A stretch of DNA of 64,000 bases from Blastocystis sp. ATCC 50177/Nand II (GCA_039096935.1 JBBPEE010000035.1:682001-746000); one strand, 5' to 3'; shown: positions 25,010 through 38,503, counted from the stretch's first letter. Program-made: numbers and translations. Notes: a model not told the origin generated them from the sequence alone.

Positions 25010-26342
25010 CTAGGACTCCTTTACGTCAAATGCAATCAGCGCCGCGCCGATCGACGACCCGTCGTCGGCCAATCCAATGTCAATGTCCTTCCTACCCAGC
25101 TCCTCCAGACCCTCTGCCACCCACGTCTGGTAGAACGGCATGAGCTTGTACACGCTGCCGTCCACCCCTACCGTCTTGTCGTTGAACTCCTCGCCCATGT
25201 GCGTGTAAATGGCGTGGATGAAGGAGGCCATCAGACGCGCGGACCGTCGGACGATGTAAAACACCACCTGCCTCAGCAGCTCCCTGTCCTCCTGCGTGGA
25301 GGCGGGAATGTCGAACTGGAGGAGGATGCGACTCACCTCCTCCAACGCCGCCGTGTTGTCGCCCAGGATGAGCGAGCAGTACTTGGAATCAACCGACATG
25401 GGGGTTGTGAAGAAGGGGCAGTTACCGGGGTGCGAGACAAACAGTTTCCTCTCCTTCCACAGCTCCACGGCCCACATGCGACTCAGCTCTCCCAAGTACA
25501 TCCCGGACATCATCTTTTCCAGGTGCTGGCGCGTCGGATTCGGGGTGATCGGGTCGAGATCCACGTCGAACGGAAGCAGCGGCAGAATGGACGGATTGTT
25601 GTCGCCGATGGCGCCGCACTCCATGTTGATGATCATCCTCCCCGTCGTCGAACTCGTCGTGCACTTGGTGATGCGCTCCGTGTTCTCCATGTAGGCGGCA
25701 TTGCAGCCCGTTCCGAGGATGATGCCCACGGCCGTGTTGGGGTCGCTGTAGGAGCGGGAGATGAGCGTGCCCACGGTGTCATTGCAGACCGCGGATACTC
25801 GCACATCACACTTTCGTTTGCGCAACGCGTGCTCCAGCAGCTCCACGACGTCGTTCCCCACGCAGCCGCTAGCAGAGAAGCCCTTCGTCCATTCCACGAG
25901 CGTGGAGTGGTTGATGGCGTTCTGGTGCGAGGGGTACGAGAAGGTGAAGCCGAGCTTGGTTCCGGACTCCGGACTGGACTCCACGATGCAGTCCGCCAGG
26001 AAACCGAACACCTGCTCCGCCGTTCCCGCCATGAACTCGGGGGGAAAGGCGTGCTTCACTTCCTTGATGACCTCCAGCACGCCGTTCCCCTTTAGAAGGT
26101 ATTTTGTTGCCCGCACGTTGCTTCCCCCCATATCGAGCGCCATTGCGAATCCCTGCTCGCTTCCTAGAAATGACCACGGATTCGGACAGAACACCTTTGC
26201 ACACGTCGTCCACAAAGGAAACCAGCATCTTCAGGTCCGACTTCTCGCCCTTCAATCCCTTGTCCATCTGCTCCTGAATGTACGAAGAGATTATCTTCAT
26301 GCGCTCCAGCGGTAGATCACAAATGTCAGCGTATTCCTCCAT
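25010..26342 (-). CDS. Hexokinase
   Basis: LDMGGSNVR; LGFTFSYP; WTKGF; NDTVGTL; ILGTGCN; DGS; DGSSIGAAL. Confidence 0.95.
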
Positions 26343-26414
26343 CTTTTACTGGGAACGTGACATGGCGAAGCTGTCAATTGACAGTCCGGGATTCGTTGGC
26401 ACTGCACATAAAAT

Positions 26415-26585
26415 ATGGATTGAGGAAGCACCACACATTCATAATGGATTGAGGAAGCACAGTACATTCATCATGGATTGAGGAAGCACCACACATTCAT
26501 AATGGATTGAGGAAGCACAGTACATTCATCATTGATTGAGGAAACACAGTACATTCATAATGGATCGAACAAACACCGCACATTA
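26415..26585. repeat. 29-bp tandem repeat (~5 copies plus the founder unit at the ACSL 3' end)
   Basis: ATGGATTGAGGAAGCACCACACATTCATA / ATGGATTGAGGAAGCACAGTACATTCATC units. Confidence 0.9.
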
Positions 26586-29093
26586 ATGCTCCGGGTTCGC
26601 CGCATACAGACTGTCCAGCTCCTTCTGGAACCTAATCGTCACGCCTCCCCCACGCCCGCACTCCTTCTGCACGACAGTTCTCTTCAGCTTGAACGTGGGC
26701 GTCAGCAGCCCGTTCTCGGTGGTCCACTGCTCCTTCTCGATCTTGAAGTCCACGATGCGCTCGAAGCCCTTCAGCCCGTTCTCCTTCACCAGCCGCGCGA
26801 ACTCCTCCTTCATGCCCTTCTTCAGCTCCTCGCTGTCGCACAGCTCCTCGAAGCTCTTCTCCGCCAGCCCGTGCTCCTTCGCCCACATCATCACGCCCGA
26901 CTCGTCCGCCACCACGATGGCCACCAGGAACGACCGCGCGGAGTCGCCGTACACGAAGATCTGACTGACCATGGGGCACTGTCCGTAGATGATCTCCAGC
27001 TTCTCCGCCGCCACGTACTCGCCCTGCGACAGCTTGAAGAAGTTCTTCTTGCGGTCGATGATCTACGATGAAACGTCCGGCTCGCTCCCACCTTCGTGGC
27101 GCCGTTAGGGTACACCATGACAATGTCGCCCGTGTGGAAGAACCCGTCTTCGTCGAAGGCCTCCTTGGTCAGCTCGGGGTGGCGGAAGTAGCCGCGGCTC
27201 ACGTTGTAGCCCTGCTCTTTATTCCACACCCACGCACCCACGCGCAGACACAGCTCGCCGCGGCCGATGCACGCCTCGCCGTTGTGCTCGGTGTCTGTGT
27301 GGAGATAGTGCATATCGGGCACGTCCTCAAGACGCATGTCACAACACGTCATCGGGCCGCCCACGTGCCCGCTGGTGTAGTCGTAGTACTCCTGCAGGAT
27401 TGTGGCGGCGGAAGTCTCCGTGGCGCCGTAGCCCTCCACCACGCGGTTGCCGAGCACGCAGCGGAGGAAGGTGAGCACTTCGGCGGAGAGCGGCGCGGAG
27501 CCGGAGATGGTGATTTGGATGTCGTCGAGGCCGATGGACTGCTTGACCTTGCTGAAGACGAAGGTGTCGTAGAACCAGTGCGTGTTGTAGCCGCGCGCCA
27601 GTCCCGCCTTCTTGGCCTGGATGCCGCGGTCGAAGAGGAACTTGGTGAGGCCGCCCGTCTTGTTGATCTTCTCCATCACCTTCTGGTGGATCTTGTTGAG
27701 GCTGTGATGGGGTGAGTGTGTGATGTGTTTTGATGTGATGTGATGAGTGATGAGTGATGTGGTGAGTGTGATGAGTGATGAGTGATGTGAGTGTGATGAT
27801 GTGATGAGTGATGATGTGATGAGTGATGTGAGTGTGATGATGTGAAAACAGTGATGAGTGATGATGTGAAAACAATGATGAGTGATATGATGAGTGATGT
27901 GATGTGATGAGTGATGTGATGACTGTGATGAACTCCAAAAGTGCAACGGAGTGAATGATGAACAGAACAACACCTACAGACGCGGCACGGAGGTGAACAC
28001 GGTGGGTCGCAGCGTCTTCATGTCGTCCAGAATGGTCAGCGTGGAGCCCTGGTAGAACCCGATGCGCCCGCCCTCCTGCAGCAGCGGCAGGTGCAGTAGA
28101 CGCTCCAGCACGTGCGCCAGCGGCAGGTACGACAGGTACCGCGACTCCGACGTCACGTACAGGCCCGTGTCCAGACAGCCCGCCACAGACGCGATGATGT
28201 TCTCGTTGGTGATGATCACGCCCTTCGGAATGCCCGTCGTGCCCGACGTGTAGCAGATGGTGCACACGTCCTCCGGTTTCGGCGGCGTGCACTCCACGCG
28301 GTGCTCGTGACCCAGCTTCTCCACCTCGCTCATGCTGTACAGCTTGATGTGCTAATCATCACCATCCGTCCCTTCCGTCACCGCGTCGCTCGCCAGCTTC
28401 TTGTCCGTCTCCGTGGCGTCCTCCATCTGGATCACCACCTCCAGGGGAATGCCCTTCTCCGCCATGGACAGGATCTTCACCGTCTCCACCGAGCTGCACA
28501 CGATCGTCTTCATCTCCGTCTCGCGCAGGATGTACAGCATGGCGTCCGCGCCCAGCGTCTCGTAGGTGGGGACGATCGTGAAGCCGTAGGCATTGCACGC
28601 CTGCTCCAGGATACACCACTCCACACTGTTTCTGGAGAACACACCGATGCAGCGCAGCTACAACTTACAGTCATATCCTTCACTCACGTCGAACTTCACT
28701 GGAACAAGATCCAGGTAGATAAGACCCGAGGCAAAATCCTGGACGCGCTCCCACACTTCGTTGTATGTGAGCCACACGTAGTCTCCGGCCTTCCCTTCCG
28801 CATCCTACCCATGAGTGCGCAGCGGAGAAACGGACGATGGGACGGTACCCGTAGCAGGGCTTATCCCCGGAGATCCTTCTGCCGCGCATGAAACACTCGT
28901 GGCTGAGGATGAGCGACAATTCGAAAAGTGAACAGCGTCTTCGCGTCGTCGTAGTAGTAGCTGCGGTTCTTGCCCTCCGGACAGTCGCAGCTTCTCCAAG
29001 TGGGACTCTACCCAGATCAGCTCAAACACGGTTCCATACGCAAGTCTCCTTCGCAGGAGCGACTTCGTGGCTATACTGCACTTTCGGGTTCAT
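26583..29093 (-). CDS. Long-chain fatty acyl-CoA synthetase (ACSL/LACS)
   Basis: ICYTSGTTGIPKG; YLPLAHVLER; EGYGATET; GFFHTGD; IIDRKKNFFKLSQGEYVA. Confidence 0.95.
27705..27960. repeat. GTGATGA/GTGAAAACA-rich minisatellite filling a 276-nt ACSL intron
   Basis: Low-complexity tandem array inside intron 27702-27977. Confidence 0.85.
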
Positions 29094-29519
29094 TCCTAAC
29101 TTGTTTCTATGCGATCACGAGGCTGGAAAGGACGGAGCGATCCTATTGGCTGGTTCGTTTTCCTTCTTTTCTTCGTGCGAAATGCGATATCCGCTCCTCT
29201 GATAGGGTAAGACCCTTTAAGGCGATTGGGAGAGCCGATTCGGGGGTAGAGAGGATGGGTTCCGATGGAATGGGATTTGTCCTTCATTTGAGTGAGACTG
29301 GACGTAGAGTCGCCTGTTCTTTCCAATAGTGGCAAGACATGCAGAATGGTCATGAGACAACGGAAGAGGGAGAGAAGTCTGTATTCAACACAGCACTCAA
29401 TTCAAATCTCATCCGCAGTGCCACATCTTGAAACTGTCCTCATTCTGTATCATCCCAAAGACCCCTCTTTGCTCAATCGAAGGAGCCATTCCTGCAGTGT
29501 TCATACCCGATTCATTGAA

Positions 29520-32500
29520 ATGAACCGAAGCGTCCTGAATGAAAGAGGAGACAGAGAGCCTGGAACGCCTCCCCAAGGCCGCAATCGTTTCGGCTGGGTG
29601 GCACCGTACAGTGTGTCAAGGATAAGATCCAATCCGCAAGAGGGAAGTCAAATTCAAGAAGAGGCAGCGGATGATGCGTATTCATTAAAGAGTTCCGTCT
29701 CTGCTCCCACCGTTCCATCGAGCTATTCGTTCGAATCCGCGAAACAGAAGCGCTCTAGTTCGTTTGTGGCAAGCATGCAGTCTCCGTCGAAGAACTCGAG
29801 GGAGAGCAGCTTCCTATTGAAGCGGGATCGCATCAATTCTGTCAATTCCCCGCCGCGTTTGAATCACCGCGTGTCCGCGTCTCCCACTACCACGAGCACG
29901 CGGTATCCGCTGAGCTCCTCGTCCCGACTGTCTCCCGCGGTATCAGCGCGAGTCACGCCCACACCGAGGAGAACGGGCGCTTCTTCCTCCGCCACTCCCA
30001 TTCTGAAACACAAGGAGAGTTCAACGTCGCCGGTGACTTTTTTTTCCATCCCGGAAGAATCCCTAGAATCGCTTCCCCTGATCCCTCCCGAACTGCAGAT
30101 CCAGCTCGACAGCAACGAGTTGGTTCAGCTGACGGAGCAGCCGGTGCGGGGCAGCATTTCGACATGTGTGAAGAGCCTTCAGGAGCTGAAGGATCTGTGC
30201 GAGAAGACGGCGGTGATGAAGGTGCACAATCCGGAAATCAAGATGAAGGACCGGATTGCAGAAATCGACGCCATTGTGGATAATGCCAATGCGGTGCTTC
30301 AGCGCGTGCTGCGTATCCGCAACGAGTGTGTAACGGCCTGTGACAAAACGGAGCGTCAGTTCCTCCAGTACAACGCGTGCGTGGAACACAACACGCAGAT
30401 TCTGTGCAACGAAGAAGGAAGCCTGAAGGAGGAACAGGACGAGCAGGTGAACTGCGTGAGCGAGCTGAACACACGCAACATGGAGCTGAAAGAAGAGGAT
30501 TCGACGCTGTCCACACAAGTCGTGAATGGAGGGCGGATTGAAGCGTAGTTGACTGACTTGGAAGAGAAGAAGAAGGCGTGCGAGGGTGAAATCGAGACTC
30601 TTTCCGGCAAGCAGACGGAGGGAACGGAAGAGAAGAGTGCGTTGGAAGAGGCAGTGAAGGCAGTGAAGGAAGAGGAATGGGCGAGAGAAGAGAATGAGTT
30701 GTAGATCGATGTGCTGAACGGCAAGATCGGCGAGATTACAGCGGAGCGTGAGAGGAAGGAAGGTGTGGTGCGGAGGAAATGGGACGGGGTGATTGCGGAC
30801 TTGGAGCAGGAGGAGATGGTGATTGCGCGCGACGCGAAGATGGCGGAGCTGAACCAGCAGGGCGTGGGTGGGCGAGGGAGGCGAGAGTGAGGAATAGAGG
30901 CGGAGAAGAAGAGACAGAAGGAGGAGGCGGAGACCGTGGCGCGCGAGTGGGCGGCGAAGCTGGAGGAGGTGAAGGAGGCCGTGAAGGAGGCGGAGACGAG
31001 CGTCCGCGCGCTGGAGGCGGAGAAGAAGAAGGTGGAGAAGGAAACGGCGACGGAAGCGGCGACGATCGAAGCAAAGAAGCGGGAGAAGGCGGAGAACGAC
31101 GCGAACTGCCGGCTGCTGGTGAAGAGTCAGAGCGAGAAGCAGGCGCGCAGCGAGCAGGAGCTGGGCGAGCTGAAGGCGATGATCGCGGGGTACGAGGACA
31201 GCTATCGCAGTGCTGTGGTGGAGATGGCGAGAGTGAAGCAGGCCATCGCCACGGAGAGCGAGGCGCTGCAGGGGGCGGAGGCGCGCTTGCGGCGTGGGAG
31301 TGGACGACGTATGTGAGACGTAGAAGTGAAAGAGGAGGCGGAGCGGCGGTTGGCGGAGGCGAGCGAGAAGGAGAAGGAGAACGCAGGCCGGCGTGGGGCG
31401 GTGGAGCGGCAGAAGCGCGAGGTGGAGGCGACGCGGCGGACGCTGGAGGCGAAGCAGCAGGATGTGGTGAGGGCGAGTGGGACGAGTGATGCGAAGAACC
31501 AGCTGCGCGTGGATTTGGAGGACCAGGCGGCGCTGTATGCGAGCGAGAAGAAGCGGCTGGCGGAGCGGCTAGCAGAGCAGGAGGTGGCGACAACGAAATA
31601 CAATGAGGCGTAGAAGGAGTTGGCGGAGGGCGCGACGCTGTGGGCGAAGGAGAAGGCGGAGAAGGAGGCGCGGCTGGGTAAGTGAGTGCTGATGAACGCA
31701 ACGATATGACCCCTGATTCCATCTCGTCCTTATTCTGATCTCACTCACTTTAGCCTTCCTCACGCAGCACGCCGGCCAGCTGCGCGGCGACAACGCGGCC
31801 CTCCAGCAGCAGGTCACGGCACTGCGCGACAACTCGACGGCGGAGGAGCAGGCGTATTTGGAGCAGGTCGGGCAGCTGCAGCAGCAGATCGACGCCCTGC
31901 GCGAGAAGGTGGGCAAATGCGATAGTGTCAATCGTAGCACGCGCAGCGCGTACGCGAGCAGGCGTTCCTGCAGGAGAGCGAGGCGATGGTGGCGGAGTTG
32001 GAGGCGCGCGCGGCGGAGGGCGAGATCGTGCGGCGACGCCTCCACAACACGCTGCAAGAGCTGCGCGGGAACCTGCGCGTGATCTCGCGCGTGCGCCCGC
32101 TGCTGCCGACGGACCGCACGGCGTCGCCCATGCCGGCGGTGTGGTGCGAGGGGGACAGCACGGTGTGCGTGCGGTACAAGGAGAAGGTGCAGCAGTTCAC
32201 GTTCGACGGCGCGTTCGGGACGGAGTCGACGCAGGACGAGGTGTTCGACGAGGTGTCCAACTTCGTGCAGTCGGCGCTGGACGGCTACAACGTGTGCCTG
32301 TTCACCTACGGGCAGACGGGAAGCGGCAAGACCTACACGATGCAGGGCGTGGGCGAGGGCCGCGAGCGGGGCATTGTACCACGGTCGATCGAGATGGTGG
32401 TGGAGGACGTGGCGAAGCTGCGCGAGGTGGGCTGGGAGTACGAGATCGCCGTGTCCTTCGTGGAAATCTACCGCGAGATGCTGCGCGACCTGCTCGTGGA

Positions 32501-33167
32501 CCGTCGCCAGCGCGCGAAGCTGGAGGTGAAGCTGGACGTGTCGGTACAACGGCGGTGTGAGGCATAGGCAGAGGGCCACCCGTACATTCCGAACGTGACG
32601 AAGCTGCGCGTGGAGTCGAAGCGACACATCCATAACCTGATGGCCATCGCGTCCTCCTGCCGGGCCGTGGGCGTGGGCGCGGCGCGGCGGCGTGAGGCGT
32701 AGGCGACGGACATGAACGACTGCTCCTCGCGCAGTCACGTGATCTTCACGATGTGACGGCGATGACAACGCGTGAGGCGTAGCTACCTGCACGGCGTGAA
32801 CCGGCGCAAGCAGACGAGCGTGGAGGGCCGGCTGAACCTGGTGGACCTGGCGGGCAGCGAGCGGCTGGACAAGTCGCACTCGACGGGCGAGGCGCTGGAG
32901 GAGGCGAAGTTCATCAACCGGTCGCTGAGCGCGCTGAGCAACGTGTTTATCAACATCCGGAGCAACGCAAGCCACGTGAACTTCCGCGACACGAAGCTGA
33001 CGCTGCTGCTGAAGGACTGTCTGTCGAAGGAAGGCAAGACGCTGATGTTCGTGAACCTGAGTCCCGTGGCGGAGTCCGCGCAGGAGAGTTTGTGCTCGCT
33101 GAACTTCGCGGCGACCGCCAATCAGGTGAAGCAGGGGCAGGCGAAGAGGAAGGTGGCGAGGATATGA
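29520..33167 (+). CDS. Kinesin-14 (C-terminal motor, KIFC1/Kar3-like) with long coiled coil
   Basis: RRRLHNTLQELRGNLRV; YGQTGSGKTYT; SSRSH; LVDLAGSER. Confidence 0.92.
31680..31750 (+). ncRNA. Candidate intronic box C/D snoRNA
   Basis: Box C TGATGA 31690-31695; CTGA at 31713-31716 and 31735-31738; 9-bp terminal stem AAGTGAGTG/CACTCACTT; fills the 76-nt intron 31678-31753. Confidence 0.6.
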
Positions 33168-33312
33168 TGTGTTTCTTTTCACAGTTCAATCCCATTTCTA
33201 TCCCAGTGTTGTCACTGTGTTTATCACAGAAGAACACCAACCCATCGCTTCACAGTTGAGAGTCAAATGAAGAAGAGAACGCATCTCAAAACAAACAAAC
33301 ACACAAACACGA

Positions 33313-34293
33313 CTACAGGAACGTCTGACGCGCGAGTCCGGCGACGGCCTCCTTAAACGAATCGGTGCCCTCCTTGACCTTCTGCATCTACGCCTCAGCG
33401 CCCAGAACCTGCCCCACCCAGCTGTTGTTGTCGAAGAACTCCAGGAAGCCCGGACGCATGCTCTTCGCCTTCTCCATCCACTTGTCCACCAGCATGTCCA
33501 GCTTGATCGTCTGCTCCTTCAGGTACGACACGTTCATGTCCTTCGCGGACACGCCACGCTGCAGATTCCGCTTGATGTATGTCTCGTAGTTGGCGATGAT
33601 GCGGTTGATCAGCTCCGTCGTGGACACGCCCTCCGTGCGCTGCGTGGCGTGGAAGCGGCCCATGTTCTTAATGTCGGCGTACACGTCGCTGCTGCCCGCG
33701 GACGCGTACGGAATATCGTCGTGGCACACGAAGTCGATCTTGTGCTCGTCCAGGAACTCCTTCGTCACCACCCACGGCGCATCGCGAACCACCTCATCCA
33801 CCCAGCGGCAGTGGCGAAGCGACTCGTATCTAGGGTTGAGTGGGGAGCGCGCCGCGACCTCTCCTTCTCCGTCATCACCGTCATGCCCTTCATCTTGTGC
33901 GTCAGCTCGTCGTTGCAGCAGCCGACAAGGAGGTATGTGTTGGGGAAGGACTTCTTGGCCTGCTCCAGCGCCTACCACGCTCAGGGAGAAGCACCCAAGG
34001 ACTACGCGAGCATGGCCGTAGTGGAACAGGTCGAAGATACCGTCCGCGTACAGACGCACGGGTCGGTTCCACTTCTCGGGGGGAACCTTGGCGCGAAGCT
34101 CCTCGTCGGTCATATTCTGCCCGTCAGTTGGATAATCCGATTCTACCGCGATGTCGTACTTCACCTCCTCCTTCTCGGCCTCCTCCACCTTCAGCTTTTT
34201 GTCACTAGGGATGATCGAATGTGAGGGAGCGTACCTGGTCTTCTGCAGATCCGTCTCGCTCTTCGAGCTTCTGTCGCGCTTCGCACCCTTCAT
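33313..34293 (-). CDS. PCYT1: Choline-phosphate cytidylyltransferase
   Basis: [47 protein letters not shown]. Confidence 0.92.
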
Positions 34294-34408
34294 ATGTGGG
34301 TTGTGTTGGTGAGAAATGACGATTCGGGGAAATGGCAGAAATAGGGCCGATTCCGCAATGGTGTCGCAACAAAGCCGAATAGAATCGATTACACCCAACT
34401 CCCGAATT

Positions 34409-35017
34409 TTAAGCAGTGAGGATGCAGGCGCCGCCAGCAGCCTTGATCTTCTTCTCAGCAATGCTGCTGATGAACTTGGTCTTCACCACCACAGGTCTCT
34501 CGATGCGGCCTCTGCCGAGGAGCTTGAACACTCCGTGCTGAGTAAGGTCGATCACGGGGGCCTTGCTGGCGTCCTTCTTGGCCTGCTCCTGAGCCTCCTC
34601 AGGGAGAACGCTCCACAGCTCGTCCAGGTTCATGGTGGGGCAGTAGTAGAGGTTGCGCTTCAGGTGGAAGTGTCTCATACCGACCTTACCGAAGTAACCG
34701 GGGTGGCTAGGCGCGTCACTCGATTTCCACCAGCACTTACAACTTATCGAAAAGGATGCGCATATGGTGCTGACCACCGGCCTTACCGCGACCCGAGGGG
34801 TGGCAACGATGCTTACCTATGCAGTTAGGCGAACGCCGTAATGCGCGTACCAATACGACCGTGACCCGCGCTCACGTGACCTCTAGCCTTTCTGTTCTTG
34901 CTAAATCTGCTAGGCTACGAAACGGGTGAGAATCCACTCAAACCCAACGTCGCTGAACAAAGTCCCGCACAACACGGCTCAACAGAAGCCCTGTGACAAT
35001 CCACGCAAACCTACCAT
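34409..35017 (-). CDS. RPL27A: 60S ribosomal protein uL15 (L27a)
   Basis: [50 protein letters not shown]. Confidence 0.95.
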
Positions 35018-35493
35018 TCTTTTTAAAGGTGAAACCGATAATCTGGAGAGTATCAAGAATTGGAAGCCCGAGGGTGCAATCGTCGGAATAATTCCGCGAT
35101 TCTCTTCCCGTCAATACTTCCCTCGTCTCTATTTTGCTCATTGCACTTGTTTCTTCTCTTGCTTTTCTCCCCAATTATGAAGTGTTTGCATCTAGTTTCT
35201 AGTGTCTTGCATTTCCAATCCCAATCCCAATTCACTCAACAAAAGCGAACACAAGTGAATTCCCATATCGATAGCCCCTTTGCCACGCTTTTCGTGCTGC
35301 GGACACGATTTAGAACCACTCTCTTCCAAGTCCTTAATTCTACCTAAAGAGTAGGAAAAACGACCACACATGATATGCCGTTTCTTTCATTAACTGGTTG
35401 GTTTCGCGTTGAACCATCGTTATCATTTGCACGCCTCTGTCACAGAAATAGAATACGTGAGTTTCGAGGGCGGAGCGTGAGGTGGTAGAGAGA

Positions 35494-36571
35494 ATGTCAG
35501 AACAGTTAATATCGGACAGATTCGTAAAACTGTATTATAACCACCTCGCCCGCTCGCCGGAAAAGCTAGAAGTCATTTACGGCGCGGACTCCGTTGCCAA
35601 GTTCCATGACATGGACGATGTTGCGCCGGGGAGCGTGCGTAACATGTAGGAACTGATGGTGTACCGCGGTCGGTCGGAGATTGTGAAGGGAATCAAGGCC
35701 TTCCACCTATATAACGCCATTGCGAACCTCGAATACGGCAGCATCGACTGCCTGAGCTTTTCTGAGAGTACGCTCACTGTTTGCATGTCAGTCTAGACGA
35801 GTATGTGCTCACGGTGAATGGCGACCTTACCATCGACAAGAAGCCCAGACGTTTTAACCAGGTGTTCATCATCTCGCGTCTGAGTATTTTGTACTATCTG
35901 CGCGTGACTCCTAGCCAGCGATGAAATGGTGTTCTATGTTCGCAGTGAGATCCTCACGCTGCTTCCGGACAGGAACAACGACGACGCGTCCTCCGCCGAG
36001 CCGGAGCTTGCCGCCGAGCCCTCCGCTCCTGCCGCCGAGGCGCCGAAGTCTGCCCCCACATACGATCAGAACATGGAGCAGCAGCCGCGCCGCCCCTACC
36101 CCCGTCGCGACGAATACAACTCCTACGCGCGGCCGCAGAAGGAGCGCGTGAACCGACCGGCTGTGGAGATGTCGCATTAGCTGGGTGTGGTGACTCGTAG
36201 CATTTTCGCGAAGAACCTGCCCGACGGAACGACGCAGGAAGACATGGAGGCGGCTTTTAGCGTGGGGAGCGGGAGGAGGCGATGATGGGTAGAAGTACGG
36301 AGAGATCAGCCAGGTGAAGATGTTCCCCGAGAAGAAGTACTCCACGGTGAGTTTCAAGAAGAATGACACGAACTACACGGTGCATGAGGTGTACGATCGC
36401 ATCTGCGCGGAGTGCCCCCAGTTTACGATCAACGGCGAGGTCGTGCGTCTCGAGCCCTTCAAGCGTTGAGGAATGGGAGGCGGGTGAGTCGTAGTGAATC
36501 ACAGAAAGACCGTGTTCACTAACAGAAACCAGCCTTCGCAGAGATACCACACTCGTTACGTGAAGCAGTAA
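35494..36571 (+). CDS. NTF2 plus RRM protein (G3BP/Bre5-like)
   Basis: FVKLYYNHL NTF2 start; RRFNQVFII; IFAKNLPDGTTQEDMEAAFSKYGEI RRM. Confidence 0.7.
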
Positions 36572-36620
36572 CCGGTAAAGCATTCGTCTGTGTGCCCTGT
36601 TTGTTCCATTCTCCTTTTCC

Positions 36621-38329
36621 ATGGCAGCTGTCCCTCGATTTACGTCCAAGTTCACGAAGAACATCGTGTCGTCCTTTGAAGCCAGCGGAATTCGGGGCCT
36701 TCCCGTGAGTTCCCGGAAGATTCGAGTCCGGCTCTTTTTCTTCCTTGTAACGCGCAGATCATGCTGAAACCGGACGAATTCTACAACATGCTCCTGGTTT
36801 GGCGTCGGCTGGCGGACTCATGGGTAGAAGCAGGCCGCCGAATCCAAGCAGCGCATTATCATGTCCTCTCTGTGGTGGTTGTGAGGCGGAATCACGGTCA
36901 GGTATTTGGGAACGGGCGATTTGGAAAACAAGCTCGTCTCCACCATCAACGAGGCCATGCGCCGGAACAAGGACATGAAAGTGCAGTGGTTTCTCGACTA
37001 TGTTTGTGTTCCCTCCCTTCCTCACGGGTAGGGACGAGGCTGCCGCAACGTGAAGGGAAAGAGCAGCGTGGGGATGCTCACGCCCCTCACGCTGGAGCAC
37101 TCGTCACGGTAGGGATTCCCATTCCCCTTCACGTGCAGACACACCGTCAATCTATACACCCCGGTGCTGTCGGAGAATGTGGTGACGCGCTTCCTCCCTC
37201 CGCGCTGGAACGAGGTGCTGAGCGTCTACCACATGAAGAGCTACATCTTCGACAACAACATGATCATCAGCGGAGCCAATCTCTCCCACGACTACTTCAC
37301 CTCCCGCATCGACCGCTACGTTCTGTTCGAGGACTGTCCCGAACTGATCCAATTCTACCAGGACTTCTTCTCCATCCTCTCCCGCTACTGCTCCACCGTC
37401 TCCTCCCAAACCGGGACCATCAACCGTTTCCGTACTGGTCTCGTTTCCCCTTCATCGCAGGATCGAGCCGCGCCACCCACCAGGAGTTCGCCAGCCACGT
37501 CCGTCAGCTTCTGCGCAGCGGCAGCAGCGCCTCCGTCACCGACCCCGACGCCGATGTGCTAATCTTCCCCACCTTCCAGCAGGAGCCCGTCGGACTCACC
37601 GCCGATTACGACGCGTTCCGCAACGTTCTGGACACGGCTTCACACTTTGACGATGTGGACCTGTTCCTCACATCGGGCTATGTCAACTTCCCGAAGGAGG
37701 TGGCGGAGCGTCTAGCTCACTACCGCAGCACGATGCACTTCCTCTTTGCGGCGCCGCAGGCCAACAGCTTCTTCCACGACCCCGGCTTCGCATCGGTGAT
37801 TCCCGCTCTGTACAACATTGTGAGTGCAATATTACAATGTGATGGATAGTTGCAGAGCAACTTCTTCCACATGTGCCAGCAGCAGAAGGCCGACGCCCAC
37901 TTGTTCGGATGATGGCGGGAGATGACGCGTAGTCTGGAGTACCTGAACAAGAACTGGACATATCACTCCAAGGGTCTGTGGCTGTTCCCGAAGGAGTCGA
38001 ACGACGCGCTGGTGACGATCGGCAGCCCCAACTTCGGCATGCGCTCGTACTTCCGCGACATGGAGTCGCAGCTGTACATGGTGTCGGAGAGTGAGAACTA
38101 TATCCTTGAGTGAGGAAAGGGGGTCTTAACGCCACTCCGGAAGATGTTCGAGAATGAGGCGAGTGTGCGGTTTACGGATAAAGATGTGGGTGTGCATGAC
38201 ACGGATGAGGGATAGACGATGGAGGTGTCGGCGGAGTTGTTTGGGGAGAAGGAGCGTTTTCCCCCGCATTGTCCTTTCAGCGAGAAGAAGCTTAACTACT
38301 TCATTAAGATGGCCACAGGATTCTTGTAG
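36621..38329 (+). CDS. PGS1: CDP-DAG:glycerol-3-phosphate 3-phosphatidyltransferase (PLD family)
   Basis: HMKSYIFDNNMIISGANLSHDYF; WTYHSKGLW; IGSPNFGMRS. Confidence 0.88.
38100..38135 (+). other. U12-type AT-AC intron (36 nt) in PGS1
   Basis: 5' ATATCCTT; branch-site-like TCTTAAC; 3' CAC; removal restores the frame EN F RKMFE. Confidence 0.85.
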
Positions 38330-38503
38330 TGCTGTTTTGTGTTTTGAGACAATCTGTAATAAACGGGAGATCACTTTCACAGGTAATCCTCATAGGTCTG
38401 TCCCTTTAACAAGATGAAACTCCTTTACTGAGATGAAAACAAGTCTATTACACCACTGTGAAACAAACACACCACAATCTTCTTCATAAGCGTGAACGCC
38501 GCA

